Below are positions 60,730-64,000 of a stretch of DNA of 64,000 bases, piece by piece. This DNA is from Neodothiora populina (lineage: Eukaryota): positions 496,001 through 560,000 of the forward strand of contig NW_027191417.1 in NCBI RefSeq assembly GCF_041146345.1, in the 5' to 3' direction. Every line of letters begins with the position of its first letter. The first letter of the stretch is position 1. The position numbers and the translations under genes are program-made. The notes under the pieces were generated by a model that saw nothing but the letters and a program-made list of their open reading frames with translations, was not told where the DNA came from and made no database searches.

Positions 60730-60915
60730 TCAAGGGTCAAGTGGCAGTATTCATGTCTCGAGTGGCGGCTGTCGATGGCAAGGGTCAAGTGCTAAGGGTC
60801 AGTACTTTGTGTCATGTGTCAAGGGGCAAAGTGTCATGTTTTGACAGTCAAGGGTCAGTGTCCAAGGTCAAGCCTGTCGAGGGTCAATGTCTAAGTGTCA
60901 AGAGTCAAGTGTCAG
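60730..60915. repeat. Degenerate repeat of a CAAGGGTCAAGTG-like unit
   Basis: About 8 variants of (c)aagggtca(a/g)gtg seen by inspection. Confidence 0.65.
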
Positions 60916-61138
60916 TTCGCTGTGAGCGCCGCATCTATAGTGCCAGATCAGGGTTTGTCGATATAGTAGTTGTAATGTTCGGGCAACAGTCCTGGGGGGG
61001 AAAACCCCAAAGTTGAATATTCGAGCAAGTGTTTCTTATACTCAAAGTCTCCGTGGTAACAAACAGATCATTGTCATTAGAAAAGTAAAGTCGAGAGAGA
61101 ACGCTATACAATGAGGAGGAAAGAAAAACAAGGTCCGA

Positions 61139-62934
61139 CTAGGTACTCTTAAGTCTAAACCTGGTGTAGAAATCGCTTTGACGGACGAACCATGCGTTCT
61201 CCGTCTTCCAATCTTCGCAATCCATCTCGATCTGTAGTTTGTGCACAGCCCAGAGTCAGCAAGAGTAGTGGTACTATGCGCGATTCATGTGATGCCCGAA
61301 AAGGGAAAAGCATGCACAAAAATCCAGACAAGGAACCTTACCTCAAAGTTACGCAAAAGCGTCGGGACCAACTTGTATATCTCAAGCAGAGAAATGTTCT
61401 TTCCGATACACGTTCGAGCGCCCGCGCCGAACTGGAACATGGTGGCCTTCATCTCCTTTAGTTGTTGCGGTGAAGCTTCCAGCCATCGTTCTGGTCGGAA
61501 GGCCTCGACGTCTTGGCCGAATATCTCCTGGCGTCGATGAAGCACCCATGCGTTGCAGCCGACGATGACACCTCCTGGAATGAATTCGCCGAGAATAGTG
61601 ATGCCCTGTGGAGGAGTCACGCGCTCGAGAAGCAGGCCGGCGGCTGGGTGCACACGGAAGGACTCCTGGATCACTGCGTCGAGATAGGGTAGTTTCTGAC
61701 TTTCTGCCCACGACACTTTTTTATTTCCTCGTTCTTCGATCGCACCTGTCGCGGCGGCCTCTTCGAGTTCTTCCATCAATTTCGCGTGTACCTTTGGATG
61801 CTTGAGTAAATGATAGAAAATGCTGCTCAAGCTGATTGCCGTTGTCTCCGAGCCTGCGAAAACCATACTGCAACTAGCTGACAAGACTTGGTCGTTGGTC
61901 ATGAACTCGGGATGATCATGCTGAGCTTGAGTGAACTTGGTAAGCAGATCGATGCCACGACCCGGGCGCTCGACTACTTGACCCGTCTTCTTGACTTTGT
62001 CCATTTCATCTTTGCGTTCGGCCGATCGGGACAGAGCAAATCGTGTGACTGGAAAGACTTTTTTGATGGCACCCCATGCTTCGAGCTGCAACTTCAGGGG
62101 GTTCTTTTCCAGCAGCTCGTCGAACCATGCCATTTGTCCCACCTGCGATCATCAAATCAGCACAGTCAAACATCGAGAGGTTCAGCGGGATACATACCTT
62201 GGCTGCATAAGAAAGAAAGCTTTGCAGAAATGCAACAATGCCGTCGACATCCTCATTTCTTTCAATGTATCCAAGTCGCTTGCTCCAAGTCAACTCGCCA
62301 ATCACATCGAAAGCATAAAAGCGAAGCCATGTAGTCAGATCACAGCGTCCGCCATCGGATCCGGAGTACAACTCTCTGGTACGCTCGACGAAGACGTCCG
62401 TTGTGCTGTCCACAAGTGGTTCGTAGCCCACCAGGGAAGACATGGCAAAAGCACTGTTGACACATCGGCGGAACTTTGCATGATAGTCTTCTGAACGTGT
62501 ACTGAACAGTGACTGTAGACGCTTTCCCTTCGCAACAGCTTGCTGTACCGGGTAGAAAGCAGACTGTTGTATCACACAGGTCAGAATCCCGAATCGAGAG
62601 CGCACTCAAAAGATAGAGGCTAGCAAACCTTGGTCATGCCCTTGTTGAGCCCATATATGATCTTGATAGCTTTCGGGTCCGCGAATGATAAGACATCAGG
62701 GCCTAGTCTCACGATATCGCCATACTTCTTGTGCAACTCATTGTGTGTGATCTCGGGGTGTCCCGTCGACACATTCCAGAAGCGCCACCAACTGGTGTAA
62801 CCAGCTAGAACAGGTCCTGGGTATTTGTTCAATCCCTTATAGAACTTATTGTACAACAGGTGTGCTGCCAGAAGAGCGCAAGTGAAGACAGGCCAGTGGG
62901 CCTTGATGAGAGGTAGGACCTCTGATAGAAGCAT
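61139..62934 (-). CDS. Cytochrome P450 monooxygenase (CYP57/pisatin-demethylase-like)
   Basis: YPGP, HKKYGDIVRLGP, AGSETT (I helix), ESFR (ExxR), FRPERW, FGAGARTCIG heme motif; three introns; stop TAG at 61139-61141. Confidence 0.93.
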
Positions 62935-64000
62935 GTTCGGGTCGCTGGCTGACGTAGGCCGAGAGTGTATATCAGATTGCTCGGACTCGCTCTCCGGATT
63001 CGAGATTGAACTCCACAGCACGTAGTAATAATCCGCAATATGGAGGATTGAAAGAGCAGATTACGATGACAGAGGATAGAGAAAGAGAAGAGTCTTGAAT
63101 ATCTAACTTGAAACCATTCATTCAGCAACACAGAGGGCGATGCAAGCGTGTATATACACTTGACCATCAGAGGCATATCATACCTCTTCGGCAATTACAC
63201 ATGGTCGACTTGCCGGGCGACATACCAACCAACCTAGTTATAATGCAGCTAAGAAAGCGGCAGTTGATGGTTTCCCACCTCCGCAGTGTCGAAACTCACG
63301 ACAAAAGGAGCAAAATACCATCTGCCGAATGTTTTGGTGCTTGGGTCATAGCCCTGCCATGCAACGCCTTTATCAGCAGCGGTCCGCTCGCAGGCAGGTG
63401 ACCTTTTGCGTCCCGAGCGGATGACGATGTCGTTCGGCACGATTGGCGACGTGAGGGTTTGTCGCTTGAGCTAATCTGCTTCGACGACAAGACATCACAC
63501 GCTATCGTATTGAAGAAGTAAAGATGGTCGTCCTTCCATCATGCTGTCCAATTGTTACAAGGGCGAAAGTACTGTACTGACACGGTCTAAATGATGGGAT
63601 CTTGATTGCGGCCCGTACAGCGTACAGTAGTGGTACTGTAGACAAGCCTCTCCCCCAGTTTGACGTGTACCCCACAAACAAGTCCGCCTGGGGAAAGACG
63701 GAAAACGGGAAAGTGGGGAGGCTCAAAGGAGTCGGCAGATGCATCAGTATCAATTGCCGTGTTCTTGGTCAGCCATTGCCTTACATGATCCCCGTTCCAC
63801 AGTATGTTATGCACTGCTATCATGTGCATTGTAATAGTTCCCGAACCAATCGATGATAGCAAGAGACACCTGACGTCGTACGTGCGTCGCGGTAGAGGGA
63901 AGAAGGAGAAGGCGACAAGCGGTAAACCAAATTCTATCGGTCGGTCTAGGTGCGTACTGTGATCAACGCCTTCCCATGCAAACGCCCTTTGCAATGCTTC

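Overview
This is eukaryotic genomic DNA from a filamentous ascomycete (Pezizomycotina, probably a Dothideomycete; inferred from short introns with CTAAC/CTGAC branch points and from the gene set). I can support about 16 spliced protein-coding genes: EED/ESC (PRC2 WD40), a PAS-domain protein, an R3H-associated protein, Tpt1, an AtrR-like Zn2Cys6 factor, two membrane proteins, a DUF676-like hydrolase, Ku80, a TMEM205/DUF4149 protein, an orphan coiled-coil membrane protein, a Nudix hydrolase, a C2H2 factor, a FIT/Scs3 protein, Vps21/Rab5 and a cytochrome P450. There are also two intron-containing tRNAs (Ala-AGC, Thr-AGT). Two regions stand out. (1) An ~8.5 kb island next to tRNA-Thr (29.3-37.9 kb) carries an orphan TM/coiled-coil gene with tandem TQT motifs. 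It is followed by ~4.6 kb of non-coding DNA built from three different hairpin-forming repeat arrays. One array has five ~90-nt units separated by unrelated spacers, and these units fold on the minus strand into a three-way junction containing a K-turn-like motif. (2) A probable spliced transcript inside a 10 kb gene desert has a 20-aa micropeptide (MGRGAYDTTGTIKQPPPPKK) as its only well-formed ORF. Gene calls come from recognising motifs by eye, and RNA structures from manual pairing; no searches or folding programs were run.
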